Origin: a bacterium
GTDB taxonomy: Bacteria > Sysuimicrobiota > Sysuimicrobiia > Sysuimicrobiales > Humicultoraceae
NCBI GenBank assembly: GCA_031082185.1
Contig: JAVHLI010000004.1
Location: forward strand, 11,608 to 75,607
Reading direction: 5' to 3'
DNA: 64,000 bases
The translations under genes were made by a program, and so were the position numbers. Of the stretch, positions 48,903-58,360 are shown piece by piece. Numbering within the stretch: the stretch's first letter is position 1; every line of letters starts with the position of its first letter. The notes beneath the pieces are model-generated. The model had not been told where the DNA came from. It did no database searches and saw only the letters and a program-made list of their open reading frames with translations.

Positions 48903-50417
48903 CTATCGCTCGATCGTCGCCCTCTCCAAAAGGTAGAGGGCGCCGTTGCCTATGATCCTGAAGCCCTTCACATACCCCTGAAGCACCTGTGTCTCCATGG
49001 GCACGTAGAGGAACAGGGCCGGGGCGGCCTCTATCAAGGCGCGCTGCAGCTCGTCGTAGATCGGCCTGCGCGCATCTGCCTCGAGGTTCACGCGGCCCCG
49101 CTCCAGCAGCCGGTCTATTGCCGCGTCCTTGAACAGGAAGTTGTTGACCCCTCCGGTGCTGTGGAACGTGCGGTACAGGAACCGGTCGGGATCCGGATCG
49201 CCCCCGCGCAGCTCGATCATCGTGTCGAAGTCGCGGGCAACCCACCGGTTGATGTAGGTTCCCCACTCGAGCGTCTCCAGCGTCGCGGTCACGCCGATCG
49301 CCCGGAGCTGCTCCTGGATCACCTGCGCCACCGCGATGCCTCCCTCGTAGGTCGGAGAGGTTACGATCCGCGTGGCGAAACCGGCCGGGTGTCCGGCCTC
49401 GGCTAGTAGCTGGCGGGCGCGCGCGATGTTCTGGGTATAGGACGGGAAGCGCGATGTCGGCAATGCCCACGGCGTGGGTGCCGATACCGGCCCTGAGACC
49501 GTCGCGAAGCCGAACTCCGCGGTGTTCACGATCGCCTGCCTGTCAATCGCGAACGAGAAGGCGTACCGCACCCTAGGGTCGGTGTAGGGCGGCCGGCTGG
49601 TGTTGAACGCGAAGATCCTAAGGTTGATGCCGGCCTTCTGCATAACGTTCAGCGCCGCCTCGCGCCGCGCCGCGGCAATCACCGGGCCCTGGTTTATCGT
49701 GGCCATGTCCAGCGCGCGCGTCCGAACGCCGGCAAGCAGCGATGCCTGATCAGGTATGACCCGGATGATCAGCGTGTCGAAGTTCGGGAGGCCGCTGCGG
49801 AAGTAGTTGGGGTTCTTCACGAGGCGCATGAAGTTGTCGGGCACCCATTCCGCCAGCATGTACGGTCCGGTGCCGGCGACGTTCCGCTGCAGGTTGCCGT
49901 GCCGCAAGACGGCCGCCTTCTCGACGATCGAGAGGTTGGCCGAGCACAGGCCGGACAGCAGCGATGCCAGCGGGAAGACCATCTTGACCCGCACCGTGTA
50001 GCGATCCGGGGTGTCAACCTCCTTGATGACGTCAATGAACGACCGGCCGGGTGCCCGCGTCGCCGGATCCAGCACGCGATCGAGGGTGAACTTCACGTCC
50101 TCGGACGTCATCTCGGCGCCGCTGTGGAACTTCACCCCGCGGCGCAGCCGGAAGATCGCGGTGCGGGGATCGGGGAACTCCCATGACTCGGCGAGATCCG
50201 GCTCGATCTCAAGCTTGTCGTTGTAGCGAACCAGCTTGTTGTACAGGAAGTCAATGCGCCGGAACGAAGAAAACGCGGTCACCAGGTTGGGATCCAGCCC
50301 CACGACCTCCTGGTCCACGCCTATTGTGAACGTTACACCGGCCGGGCCTGCGCGCACCGGCATCACGGGCAGCGCCAGCGCCACGACCACGAGCAATAAC
50401 CACCAGCGTCCTTTCAC
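48903..50417 (-). CDS. Peptide ABC transporter substrate-binding protein (family 5)
   Basis: Signal peptide; LDP, PDLAESW, LRRGVKFH and GTGPY motifs. Confidence 0.92.
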   Translation of the reverse strand: MKGRWWLLLVVVALALPVMPVRAGPAGVTFTIGVDQEVVGLDPNLVTAFSSFRRIDFLYNKLVRYNDKLEIEPDLAESWEFPDPRTAIFRLRRGVKFHSGAEMTSEDVKFTLDRVLDPATRAPGRSFIDVIKEVDTPDRYTVRVKMVFPLASLLSGLCSANLSIVEKAAVLRHGNLQRNVAGTGPYMLAEWVPDNFMRLVKNPNYFRSGLPNFDTLIIRVIPDQASLLAGVRTRALDMATINQGPVIAAARREAALNVMQKAGINLRIFAFNTSRPPYTDPRVRYAFSFAIDRQAIVNTAEFGFATVSGPVSAPTPWALPTSRFPSYTQNIARARQLLAEAGHPAGFATRIVTSPTYEGGIAVAQVIQEQLRAIGVTATLETLEWGTYINRWVARDFDTMIELRGGDPDPDRFLYRTFHSTGGVNNFLFKDAAIDRLLERGRVNLEADARRPIYDELQRALIEAAPALFLYVPMETQVLQGYVKGFRIIGNGALYLLERATIER

Positions 50418-50463
50418 TGTAGTCCCCTCCTTGGATGTACCGTCTGTGATCTATCCTACCTCC

Positions 50464-51018
50464 CTATCCCTCCGTGAGCACTGCCTTTCGGTTCTTCGCG
50501 GCGATAGGTCCCCGCGTCTTGCGATAGAGGAGCTCGGTCACACCGCGCACTACGTAGTCTGGAATCGCCCCCACGCGAGTGTACCCCAAATCCTCGTAGA
50601 ACGCCTGCGCCGCCACATTGAAGTCGGCAACCAGCAGGAAGACGTTGGGGCCCGCCTTGAAGATCCGCTCCTCCGCGTAGCGCATCAGGGCCCGGCCCAC
50701 GCCACGCCCGCGCGCCTCCGGGGCCACACCCACCCACCGGACGTACCCGCTGTGGTGAAACGTGCCGGTGCGGTGAAACCAGATGAAACCCACGACCCGC
50801 CCTGCCTCGCACGCCACGGCCAGGACCCCGGCGTCGGGCGCGGCCGCACCTCCGCGGCCCTTGGATGCTCGGCCCTTGGACGCCAGCGCCCGCCTGATCG
50901 CGCCCCGGGCGCGCGGGAGCGTCTGGCCGTAGCGCTGCCACAGCCGCTCTCCCGCGACTATCCGCGCGCACGCCAGAACGTCGTCCGCCCGCATGCGGCG
51001 GGCCTGGATGGCCCCCAT
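50464..51018 (-). CDS. GNAT family N-acetyltransferase
   Basis: VAPEARGRGVGRALM and N..AQAFYEDLGY motifs. Confidence 0.88.
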   Translation of the reverse strand: MGAIQARRMRADDVLACARIVAGERLWQRYGQTLPRARGAIRRALASKGRASKGRGGAAAPDAGVLAVACEAGRVVGFIWFHRTGTFHHSGYVRWVGVAPEARGRGVGRALMRYAEERIFKAGPNVFLLVADFNVAAQAFYEDLGYTRVGAIPDYVVRGVTELLYRKTRGPIAAKNRKAVLTEG

Positions 51019-51881
51019 CAGAACTTCTTCTCCGCGACCGCGTCCCGTGTCGCCCGCAGCGCCGCCAGCGTCTGCTCGTAGCGATGAAGCGCCACAGACA
51101 TCGTGATGGCGTCCACCACGGCGAGCTGCGCCATGCGGCTGGCGATCGCCGCGCCGCGGATACCTCCCTCGGACGAAACCGTGTTCAGGCGTATTGACGC
51201 AACTTTGTCGATCGGTGACGGTCCGTACCTGGTGATGGCCATCGTCGTCGCCCCGGCCGCCTGTGCCACTCCCAGCGCGTACACCGTGTCCCGGGTCGAG
51301 CCGGAGTCCGAGATGCCGACCGCGACGTCGCCGCGACGGAGCAGCGCGGCTGATACCGCCTGCATGTGCGGGTCCACAAAAGCCTGGGCGTCAATGCCGA
51401 TGCGCAGAAACTTCTGCTGCGCATCCATAGCGACGATTCCCGACGCGCCCACGCCGTAGAAGTCCACCCGCCGTGCTGCGGTGATCGCCTCGACCGCGCT
51501 CTCAAGCGCCCTGTCGTCCAGCACATCCAGGGTTTCCTCAAGGGCCCGGATTGAGATCCCGAACACCTTGCGCTTGACGGCGGGACTGTCATCGTCCGGC
51601 TCGATCTCCTCGTAGATCTGCCGCGGCGGGAGCACCAGGTCTCCAGCCAGCCGGATGCGCAGATCCTGATATCCGCGGCATCCTATGCGCCGGCACAGGC
51701 GCACGACCGTGGCCTCGCTCACGCGGGCCCGACCGGCTACGAGGGTGATCGAGGAATCCAAGACCTGACGGGGGTGCCGCAGGATGTAGGTGGCCAACCG
51801 GCGTTCCGCATCGGCGAGGCGGGGCCGGAGTTCGCGGAGCCGGGTTAGGCTTCCGATGCCGGTGTGGCGCTCGGGAGGCAT
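51018..51881 (-). CDS. MurR/RpiR family transcriptional regulator
   Basis: VSEATVVRLCRRIG..GY HTH; SIS domain with GVGAS and ISDSG. Confidence 0.92.
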   Translation of the reverse strand: MPPERHTGIGSLTRLRELRPRLADAERRLATYILRHPRQVLDSSITLVAGRARVSEATVVRLCRRIGCRGYQDLRIRLAGDLVLPPRQIYEEIEPDDDSPAVKRKVFGISIRALEETLDVLDDRALESAVEAITAARRVDFYGVGASGIVAMDAQQKFLRIGIDAQAFVDPHMQAVSAALLRRGDVAVGISDSGSTRDTVYALGVAQAAGATTMAITRYGPSPIDKVASIRLNTVSSEGGIRGAAIASRMAQLAVVDAITMSVALHRYEQTLAALRATRDAVAEKKF

Positions 51882-52011
51882 CGTTGTGTTCTTCTGTGGG
51901 GCGCGAAGATATCCTTCTGGTGTGCGAGGGTGGGGCGAAGTTTTTCTTCATCGCTCCGGCGCGTCTAGGGCGACAGGCGCCCCGCGGCATGTGCCGAATC
52001 TACAGGATGCC

Positions 52012-54513
52012 GTGCGATGTATCCACGCGGGCGTCGCGCTGGTCAGTGCGGCGGCCCTGCTGCTGCAGATTGTCCTCACCCGGATCTTCTCAGTGGTGCA
52101 GTGGCACCACTTCGCCTTCATGGCGGTTGGGCTGGGGCTGCTGGGATTCGGGGCCAGCGGCACCGCGCTGGCCGTGTTCCCGGGATTGCGCCGGGCGCCG
52201 CTGCGTACCGCGGCGTGGGGCGCACTGCTGGTCGCGCCCTCGGTCGGCCTGGCCCTTCTGACGATCGCAGCCGTTCCCTTCGATGCCTATCTTATGGCGC
52301 TGGAGCCGGTGCAGGTTCTCTACCTGGCCGTCCAGGCAGCCGCGCTTGTGCTTCCCTTCCTATTCGCTGGCCTGGTGGTGGGTGCGGTCCTGGCGGGCTT
52401 CCCCGATGCCGCCGGCAGCATCTACGCCGCTTCGTTCCTGGGGGCCGCGGGAGGCGCACTGGCAGCCGTACCCCTCCTGAGCGCCATCGGCGGGCCACAG
52501 GGCATGATCGCCTCCGCCGCCCTGGCGACATCAGGAGCGGCGCTGCTCTGGCAGGCCGGTCCGACGCCTAAGCACAGTCCAGCCCCCAAGGACGGTTCAG
52601 CGCCTGATCGCAGGCCTGCGGTCACCGCGGCGGCCCTGGCCGTTCTGACGGCGCTTGCCGCGCTGGTTCCTCTGGATCTCCCCATGTCATCCTACAAGGC
52701 CCTCAGCCAGTTGCGACGTTTTCCCGACGCGAGGGTGGAGTTCTCAAAATGGAACGCGATATCCAGGGTGGACGTGGTGCAGAGTACGGCGGTACGCTCG
52801 GCTCCTGGGTTGAGCGTGACGTTTGCCGGCGTGCCGCCGGCGCTACCTGGGCTGACCGTTGACGGGGACGGTCCCCGCGGCCTGCCCGCCGGTGTGGACG
52901 CCGCGTTCACCGAGTTCCTGCCGTCGGCAGTGGCATATCGCCTGCGCCGGGGGCGGACGCTGGTCGTGGGCATGGGTCTGGAGGTGCTCGGCGCGCTGCG
53001 GCACGGGATGGCGCCGGTGATCGTAGTGGAAGCCAACCCGCTGGTCGTCGAGGCCGCGCAGCGCTTCGGCGGGGGTCTGCCCTACGGGCAGCCCGCGCAC
53101 GTAGCCACCGCACTGATAGGCGCGCGCGTCGTAGTTGAGAACCCGCGAACGTACCTGCGCCGGACCCGCGAGCGTTTCGATCTCATCCAGGTCCCGCCCC
53201 AGGAGTCATTCCATGTTGTGGCCTCTGGCGCGTTCTCACTCGCCGAGAACCACCTCTACACGGTCGAGGCCCTGCACGACTACCTCGACCGGCTGGCGCC
53301 GGGCGGCGTGCTGGCGATCACCCGCTGGATCCAGACTCCGCCGAGCGAGGAGATCCGCGTCTGGGCCGCGGCGGTGGCTGCCCTCAGCGATGCCGACATA
53401 ACCTCCTGCCTGGCCGCGCTGCGCTCTCTCAACACGATGACGATCCTGGTCAAGCCGGAGGGGTTCACGCCGGCGGACGTGGCCGCGATCCGGGAGTTCG
53501 CCTCCTCGCGGCGGTTCGACATCACGTACGCGCCGGGTGTGGACGCCGCGGAGGGCAACCGGTACAACGTCCTCCCCAGGGACGTCCACCGGGAAGCCTT
53601 CACCGCGGTCCTCGATCCGGCCCGGCGCGAGGAGTTCTTGCGCGCCTATCCCTTCGATGTCCGCCCGGTCAGCGACGACCGGCCGTTCTTCTTCCACTTC
53701 TTTCGTTGGCGGCAAGTGCCGCAGATACTGGCAGGCCTGGGGCGGACGTGGCAGCCGTTCGGCGGCGGTGGCTACCTGGTGCTGCTGGCCATGCTGGCGA
53801 TCGTCACCCTGCTGAGTGCCGGCCTGATCTTGCTGCCGCTTCGGTATCTGACAAGAAACCAGCCGTCGGCCACGCCCACGGCACCTCGGCCCGCCCCACA
53901 ACGCGGCCCGGTCTTCCTATATTTCCTGGCCATCGGCGCCGGATACCTGTTCATCGAGATCCCGCTGCTCCAGCAGGCGATCCTCGTGCTGGGCCACCCC
54001 ACATACGCGCTGGCTGCGGTCCTGGCCGGCCTGCTGGTCGCCTCGGGAGCCGGAAGCTTGGCATCGCCGCTCGTCGGGCGGCGGCTGCCCGCGGTCCTCG
54101 CCGCCGCCGCCGTGGTCGCCGCTGCCGCCGCGCTGTTCCTCCCCGGGGTCTTCCAGACCAGCCTCGGGTTCGCGCTGCCTGTTCGTCTTGCAGTGATCGC
54201 CGCGGCCGTGCTGCCGCTGGGTCTGCTGATGGGCGTGCCCTTTCCAGCCGCGGTTCGGGCCCTGGGCCGCACGGATCCCGCGGCCATCCCATGGGCCTGG
54301 GGCGTCAACGGCTGCGCCTCAGTGATCGCTTCGGTCTTGGCGGCGATGGCGGCGCTGGAGTGGGGGTTCGGGATGGTGATGCTGCTGGGAGCGCTGGCCT
54401 ACGCGGGCGCGGCGGCCGTGATCGCGCCGTCGTCCGCATTTACCTCCTCACCAGCGGCACGAACATCACCGCCCCCAGACTGTGGAACTTCAACTGGCCG
54501 CCCTCCTTGGTGA
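52012..54513 (+). CDS. Membrane protein with central spermidine-synthase-like SAM-binding domain (start uncertain)
   Basis: N- and C-terminal TM bundles; LTRIFS, VEANP, ENHLYTVEA, SDDRPFF and WAWGVNG motifs. Confidence 0.8.
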   Translation: MRCIHAGVALVSAAALLLQIVLTRIFSVVQWHHFAFMAVGLGLLGFGASGTALAVFPGLRRAPLRTAAWGALLVAPSVGLALLTIAAVPFDAYLMALEPVQVLYLAVQAAALVLPFLFAGLVVGAVLAGFPDAAGSIYAASFLGAAGGALAAVPLLSAIGGPQGMIASAALATSGAALLWQAGPTPKHSPAPKDGSAPDRRPAVTAAALAVLTALAALVPLDLPMSSYKALSQLRRFPDARVEFSKWNAISRVDVVQSTAVRSAPGLSVTFAGVPPALPGLTVDGDGPRGLPAGVDAAFTEFLPSAVAYRLRRGRTLVVGMGLEVLGALRHGMAPVIVVEANPLVVEAAQRFGGGLPYGQPAHVATALIGARVVVENPRTYLRRTRERFDLIQVPPQESFHVVASGAFSLAENHLYTVEALHDYLDRLAPGGVLAITRWIQTPPSEEIRVWAAAVAALSDADITSCLAALRSLNTMTILVKPEGFTPADVAAIREFASSRRFDITYAPGVDAAEGNRYNVLPRDVHREAFTAVLDPARREEFLRAYPFDVRPVSDDRPFFFHFFRWRQVPQILAGLGRTWQPFGGGGYLVLLAMLAIVTLLSAGLILLPLRYLTRNQPSATPTAPRPAPQRGPVFLYFLAIGAGYLFIEIPLLQQAILVLGHPTYALAAVLAGLLVASGAGSLASPLVGRRLPAVLAAAAVVAAAAALFLPGVFQTSLGFALPVRLAVIAAAVLPLGLLMGVPFPAAVRALGRTDPAAIPWAWGVNGCASVIASVLAAMAALEWGFGMVMLLGALAYAGAAAVIAPSSAFTSSPAARTSPPPDCGTSTGRPPW

Positions 54514-55141
54514 TCCGCCACAGCGTCTGCACCAGCCCCGGCGGACCTACCGGCACCACCATCCGCCCGCCTTCCTTCAGTTGGCGGACCAGCGGCGGCG
54601 GCACGTGGTCCGGCGCGGCGGTCACCAGGATCGCATCGAACGGCGCAGCCTCGGGCCAACCCAGGTAGCCGTCGCCGTTGCGCGTCCGCACCTTCCCGTA
54701 GCCCAGTTCCCGCAGCCCCCGCGCCGCGGACTGCGCCAGCGGCTCGATTATCTCAACGGTGTATACCCGGTCATGATCCGTCAACTCGGCCAGGATGGCG
54801 GCCTGGTAACCGGAGCCGGTACCGATCTCGAGGACGCGCTGCCCCGGCCGCACCGCCGCCTCCTCGGACATGAGGGCCACGATGTACGGCTGCGAGATCG
54901 TCTGGCCGAATCCGATGGGCAGCGGGTGGTCGTTGTAGGCCTGGCGAAGGTGGCGCTCAGGCACGAAGCGGTGCCTGGGCACGGTCAGCATCGCCCGCAG
55001 CACGCGCTCGCCGCGCACCCCGCGCGCTTTGATCTGGGTCTCCACCATTGCCCGGCGGGCCTCAACGTAGCGATCGGGGCCGGCCCATGCATCCGCACCG
55101 GCCACAGCGAGCACAACGATCAGGACGGCGATGCGAGACAC
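54440..55141 (-). CDS. pcm: Protein-L-isoaspartate O-methyltransferase
   Basis: VPRHRFV, GQTISQPY, VLEIGTGSGYQAA, GDGYLGWPEAAPFD and FVPL motifs. Confidence 0.93.
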   Translation of the reverse strand: MSRIAVLIVVLAVAGADAWAGPDRYVEARRAMVETQIKARGVRGERVLRAMLTVPRHRFVPERHLRQAYNDHPLPIGFGQTISQPYIVALMSEEAAVRPGQRVLEIGTGSGYQAAILAELTDHDRVYTVEIIEPLAQSAARGLRELGYGKVRTRNGDGYLGWPEAAPFDAILVTAAPDHVPPPLVRQLKEGGRMVVPVGPPGLVQTLWRITKEGGQLKFHSLGAVMFVPLVRR

Positions 55142-55238
55142 GGCTGCACCTCCCTGCTGTGATGGTAGGGGCGCAGGGCCAGGTCGGGCAAGGGCCGAAG
55201 CGAAGAAGCGATAGGACCGCCATCGGAGGAGAACTGAC

Positions 55239-56144
55239 GTGACGCTATCGGGGCTTCATCTTCTTCTAACGTACCAGTGCAATCTCGAGTGCGACCACTG
55301 CTTCGTATGGGGCAGCACGCGGCAGAACGGAACGATGACCCTGCGGAGCATCCGGCGGGTCCTCCGGCAGGCCAGGAGCGTCGGCACAATCAAGTCCATC
55401 TACTTCGAGGGCGGCGAGCCCTTCCTTTACTACCCTGTCCTGGTAAGAGGGGTCCGGATGGCGGCGCGCATGGGCTTCCGCGTTGGCATCGTCTCGAACG
55501 GCTACTGGGCGACAACGGTGGAGGACGCGCTGGCGTGGCTGAGGCCGTTCGCGGGGCTAATCCAGGACCTGTCCGTGAGCAGCGACCTGTACCACTGGAG
55601 CGAGAAGCTGAGCCAGCAGGCCAGGGATGCGCGCGCGGCCGCGGAGAGGCTGCAGATCCCGGTCGGGACAATCAGCATCGCCCAGCCCGAGGCCACGAAT
55701 GCCGCGCCGGCGGCCGGCCAGTTGCCATCCGGCGAATCCGCGGTCATGTACCGTGGGCGGGCCGTGGAGAAGCTGGTCGCGCGGGCCGCCCGGCATCCCT
55801 GGGAGCAGTTCACGGAATGCCCGCACGAAGACCTGCGCGAGCCGGGCCGGGTGCACGTTGACCCGCTCGGCAACGTACACATCTGCCAGGGGATCGTGGT
55901 AGGCAACATGCTCCGGACGCCTCTGGAGAAGATCTGCCGCACCTACGATCCTGACAAGCATCCTGTCACCGGCCCGCTCCTCGCGGGCGGCCCGGCGGAG
56001 CTGGTGCGCCGCCACGGGCTGACCCACGAAGAGTGCTACGCGGACGCGTGCCACCTGTGCTACGAGAGCCGCCGGGTGCTGCGTGAGCGCTTCCCTGAGA
56101 TGCTTGCACCGGGCCAGATGTATGGAGCGGGCGAGGAGCAGTAG
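55239..56144 (+). CDS. Radical SAM protein with C-terminal auxiliary Cys motif
   Basis: CNLECDHC (CX3CX2C), GGEPFL, SNGYWA; G.V.IC and CYADACHLC near the C-terminus. Confidence 0.88.
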   Translation: MTLSGLHLLLTYQCNLECDHCFVWGSTRQNGTMTLRSIRRVLRQARSVGTIKSIYFEGGEPFLYYPVLVRGVRMAARMGFRVGIVSNGYWATTVEDALAWLRPFAGLIQDLSVSSDLYHWSEKLSQQARDARAAAERLQIPVGTISIAQPEATNAAPAAGQLPSGESAVMYRGRAVEKLVARAARHPWEQFTECPHEDLREPGRVHVDPLGNVHICQGIVVGNMLRTPLEKICRTYDPDKHPVTGPLLAGGPAELVRRHGLTHEECYADACHLCYESRRVLRERFPEMLAPGQMYGAGEEQ

Positions 56145-56164
56145 ACGTTCGCGTCACGCCCTTC

Positions 56165-56205
56165 TTGACCTATAGAAGGGATAGGGCTATACTTGGGATA
56201 GCCCT
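56165..56205 (+). promoter_or_regulatory. Sigma70-type promoter and palindromic operator of mazEF
   Basis: TTGACC-17nt-TATACT; inverted repeat AGGGCTAT-N7-ATAGCCCT (56183-56205) overlaps the -10. Confidence 0.8.
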
Positions 56206-56218
56206 GGGAGGTGCAGCG

Positions 56219-56467
56219 ATGATCACCAAGGTGCAGAAGTGGGGCAACAGCCAGGGGCTCCGCTTGAGCAAGGAGCTGCTTTCGAATGTTGAGATCGGCG
56301 TAGGGGATGCAGTCGACGTGGCGGTACGTGACGGTGCTCTCGTGGTGACGCCTGTTCGCCGCGTGCGAGGCGGCCGCGATCTGCGTGAACTAGTCCGACG
56401 TATTCCCAAGGACGACAAGACAAAGGAACTCGACTGGGGCCGGCCGGTAGGCAGGGAGGTCTGGTAG
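56219..56467 (+). CDS. mazE: AbrB/MazE-family antitoxin
   Basis: KVQKWGNSQGLRL and ELDWGRPVGREVW motifs; GGAGG RBS. Confidence 0.92.
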   Translation: MITKVQKWGNSQGLRLSKELLSNVEIGVGDAVDVAVRDGALVVTPVRRVRGGRDLRELVRRIPKDDKTKELDWGRPVGREVW

Positions 56468-56803
56468 ATGGTGGAGTATGTCCCACGCAAGGGGGACTTC
56501 ATCGCCGTAAGCTTCGATCCCCGGTCTGGCCACGAGCAACGAGGGCGTCGGCCCGCCCTGGTGGTCAGCAACGACCTCTTCAACCGGCACACAGGCCTTT
56601 GCCTCGTCTGTCCTGTCACCAACACGCGCCGCGACTACCCTTTCCACGTATCGATTCCTGACAACAAAGAGATAATGGGCTTCGTCATGGTCGAGCAGGT
56701 CAAATCAATTGACTTCCGTTCCCGGAAAGCGAAGCGCATCGGAAGGGCGCCCGAACAGGTCTTGCAGGAAGCACTTTCGCTTCTCGACGCGGTTATCTAC
56801 TGA
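56468..56803 (+). CDS. mazF: PemK/MazF endoribonuclease toxin
   Basis: YVP.KGD, FDPRSGHEQRGRRPALVVS..FN and QVKSIDF..R motifs. Confidence 0.93.
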   Translation: MVEYVPRKGDFIAVSFDPRSGHEQRGRRPALVVSNDLFNRHTGLCLVCPVTNTRRDYPFHVSIPDNKEIMGFVMVEQVKSIDFRSRKAKRIGRAPEQVLQEALSLLDAVIY

Positions 56804-56861
56804 GCGGGCTGACAGGCGCATCGGCACGGACTGGCTCGTGGCCAGTCGGTCAGGCGTGCCG

Positions 56862-58238
56862 TCAAGCCCCCGCAAACTCGTAGATGAAGCGCGCGACAGA
56901 CCGCTCGAACAGCCGCATCCCCTCCACGGTCGCGTACTCGTTGGGACTGTGGGGGCGTCCGCCGTGCCCCAGGCCGCCCGTGGCGAACGGCTGGTTGAGA
57001 ACCCTGCTGAACAGATAGAGCGGCGCGGATCCGGCCACGTGCGGCCAGATCTCCGGCTCGGCGCCCAGCGACCTGCAAGAGCGAATCAGCGACTGGACCA
57101 CGTGCTCGCTGACGCTCGTCTTAGCAGCGGGATAGCCCTCGTAGAAGTGAACCTCAAGGTCATCGCGGCCGATCCTCACCAGATGGTCCCGGATGCGCTG
57201 GCGCACCCGCTCCGGCTCCATGTTGGGGACGAGGCGCACGTCCATCTTGACGCGCACCTCATGCGGAAGGAGCGTCTTCATCCCCGGCCCGGTGTAACCG
57301 CCCCAGACGCCGTCTATGTTGAGCTGCGGATCGTACAGGTACCGCCGCAGCAGGTCGGCACCGTGGAGGTCGTACTTAAACCGTTCGGCGTCCCACATCC
57401 ACAGCTCGTTGGCAGGATCGAAGGTCCGGGCGAGCTGCTGGAGGAGCGCCTCGTCTTCGGCGCTGGGCGGGGCCACATCGTCGTAGAAGCCTTCGATCTG
57501 AATCTGCTCGGCATCGTCCATCATGGTGGCCAGGGCGCTGGTCAGACGCCAGAGGGGGTTACCCACCCAGACCGCGTTGCACCCGTGCACGCCACGGGTA
57601 CGGGGACCGCCCCAGGCGCCTCCGCGGCAGGCGATCTCGAAGTACTGAATGCCCTTCACGCCCAGCCAAAGCACCGGCTTACCGTCGCGGTTCTGAGAGT
57701 AGAATGGGAAGTACGTGGCGTCGGCTCCCAGACGGTCCTTGTAGGCTTCGATGAACCCGGGCAGGTTACGGCTGCTGAGCTCTTCCTCTCCCTCCACCAC
57801 GAACTTCAAGTTCACCGGGAGCCGTCCGCGCACCGCCTGTATGCTCTCCAGAACGTTGAAGAGCCCGGCCAACGGGCCCTTGGTGTTGTACACGCCGCGG
57901 GCCACCATGCTGGGCCCGAACTCGGGCAGATCAACGATGTCGCCCGCAAACGGAGGCGCGATCCACTCCTCCCCTTCCACCGGCTGCACGTCGTACATGC
58001 CGTAGAGCAACAGGGTGCGGGGCGCCCCGACTGCTACCTCGCCGAAGACCACCGGCCAGCCAGGGGTGGGGACGATCTCCGCGGTCCCACCCAACCTCTG
58101 GATGGAGTCTCGCACCAGCTCGGCCATCTCGGCCATACCGGTGCCCTCGCCGCTGATGCTGGGCTGGCTGACGAACGACCTCACGCGTGAGATGTGGTCC
58201 TCGAACCGGGCGTCCATGTGGGCGAAGATGTCATCCAT
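56862..58238 (-). CDS. M20 family dipeptidase
   Basis: YGMYDVQP, RGVYNTKG, EGEEELSS and HSPNEY motifs; follows the peptide ABC genes. Confidence 0.85.
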   Translation of the reverse strand: MDDIFAHMDARFEDHISRVRSFVSQPSISGEGTGMAEMAELVRDSIQRLGGTAEIVPTPGWPVVFGEVAVGAPRTLLLYGMYDVQPVEGEEWIAPPFAGDIVDLPEFGPSMVARGVYNTKGPLAGLFNVLESIQAVRGRLPVNLKFVVEGEEELSSRNLPGFIEAYKDRLGADATYFPFYSQNRDGKPVLWLGVKGIQYFEIACRGGAWGGPRTRGVHGCNAVWVGNPLWRLTSALATMMDDAEQIQIEGFYDDVAPPSAEDEALLQQLARTFDPANELWMWDAERFKYDLHGADLLRRYLYDPQLNIDGVWGGYTGPGMKTLLPHEVRVKMDVRLVPNMEPERVRQRIRDHLVRIGRDDLEVHFYEGYPAAKTSVSEHVVQSLIRSCRSLGAEPEIWPHVAGSAPLYLFSRVLNQPFATGGLGHGGRPHSPNEYATVEGMRLFERSVARFIYEFAGA

Positions 58239-58293
58239 GTGCGGGCTCCTGGCTGCGGCGGGGTGAAGGGTTGTGCCTTCCCGGGCCGGGGAT

Positions 58294-58330
58294 CAGGAGA
58301 AGGGGGCGGAAACCCCGCCCCCTCTTCCTG
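58294..58330 (-). other. Hairpin after the binding-protein gene
   Basis: caggagaagggggcgg...ccgccccctcttcctg imperfect long stem. Confidence 0.6.
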
Positions 58331-58360
58331 TCGGTCACTGCCTTTGTAACCCTGCGCTGA

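Noticed and set aside
50855..50885. ASKGR-ASKGR duplication in the GNAT, and the GQGAV tail in Pth
   Set aside because: Short in-frame slippage duplications in loop or tail regions, unlikely to be functional.
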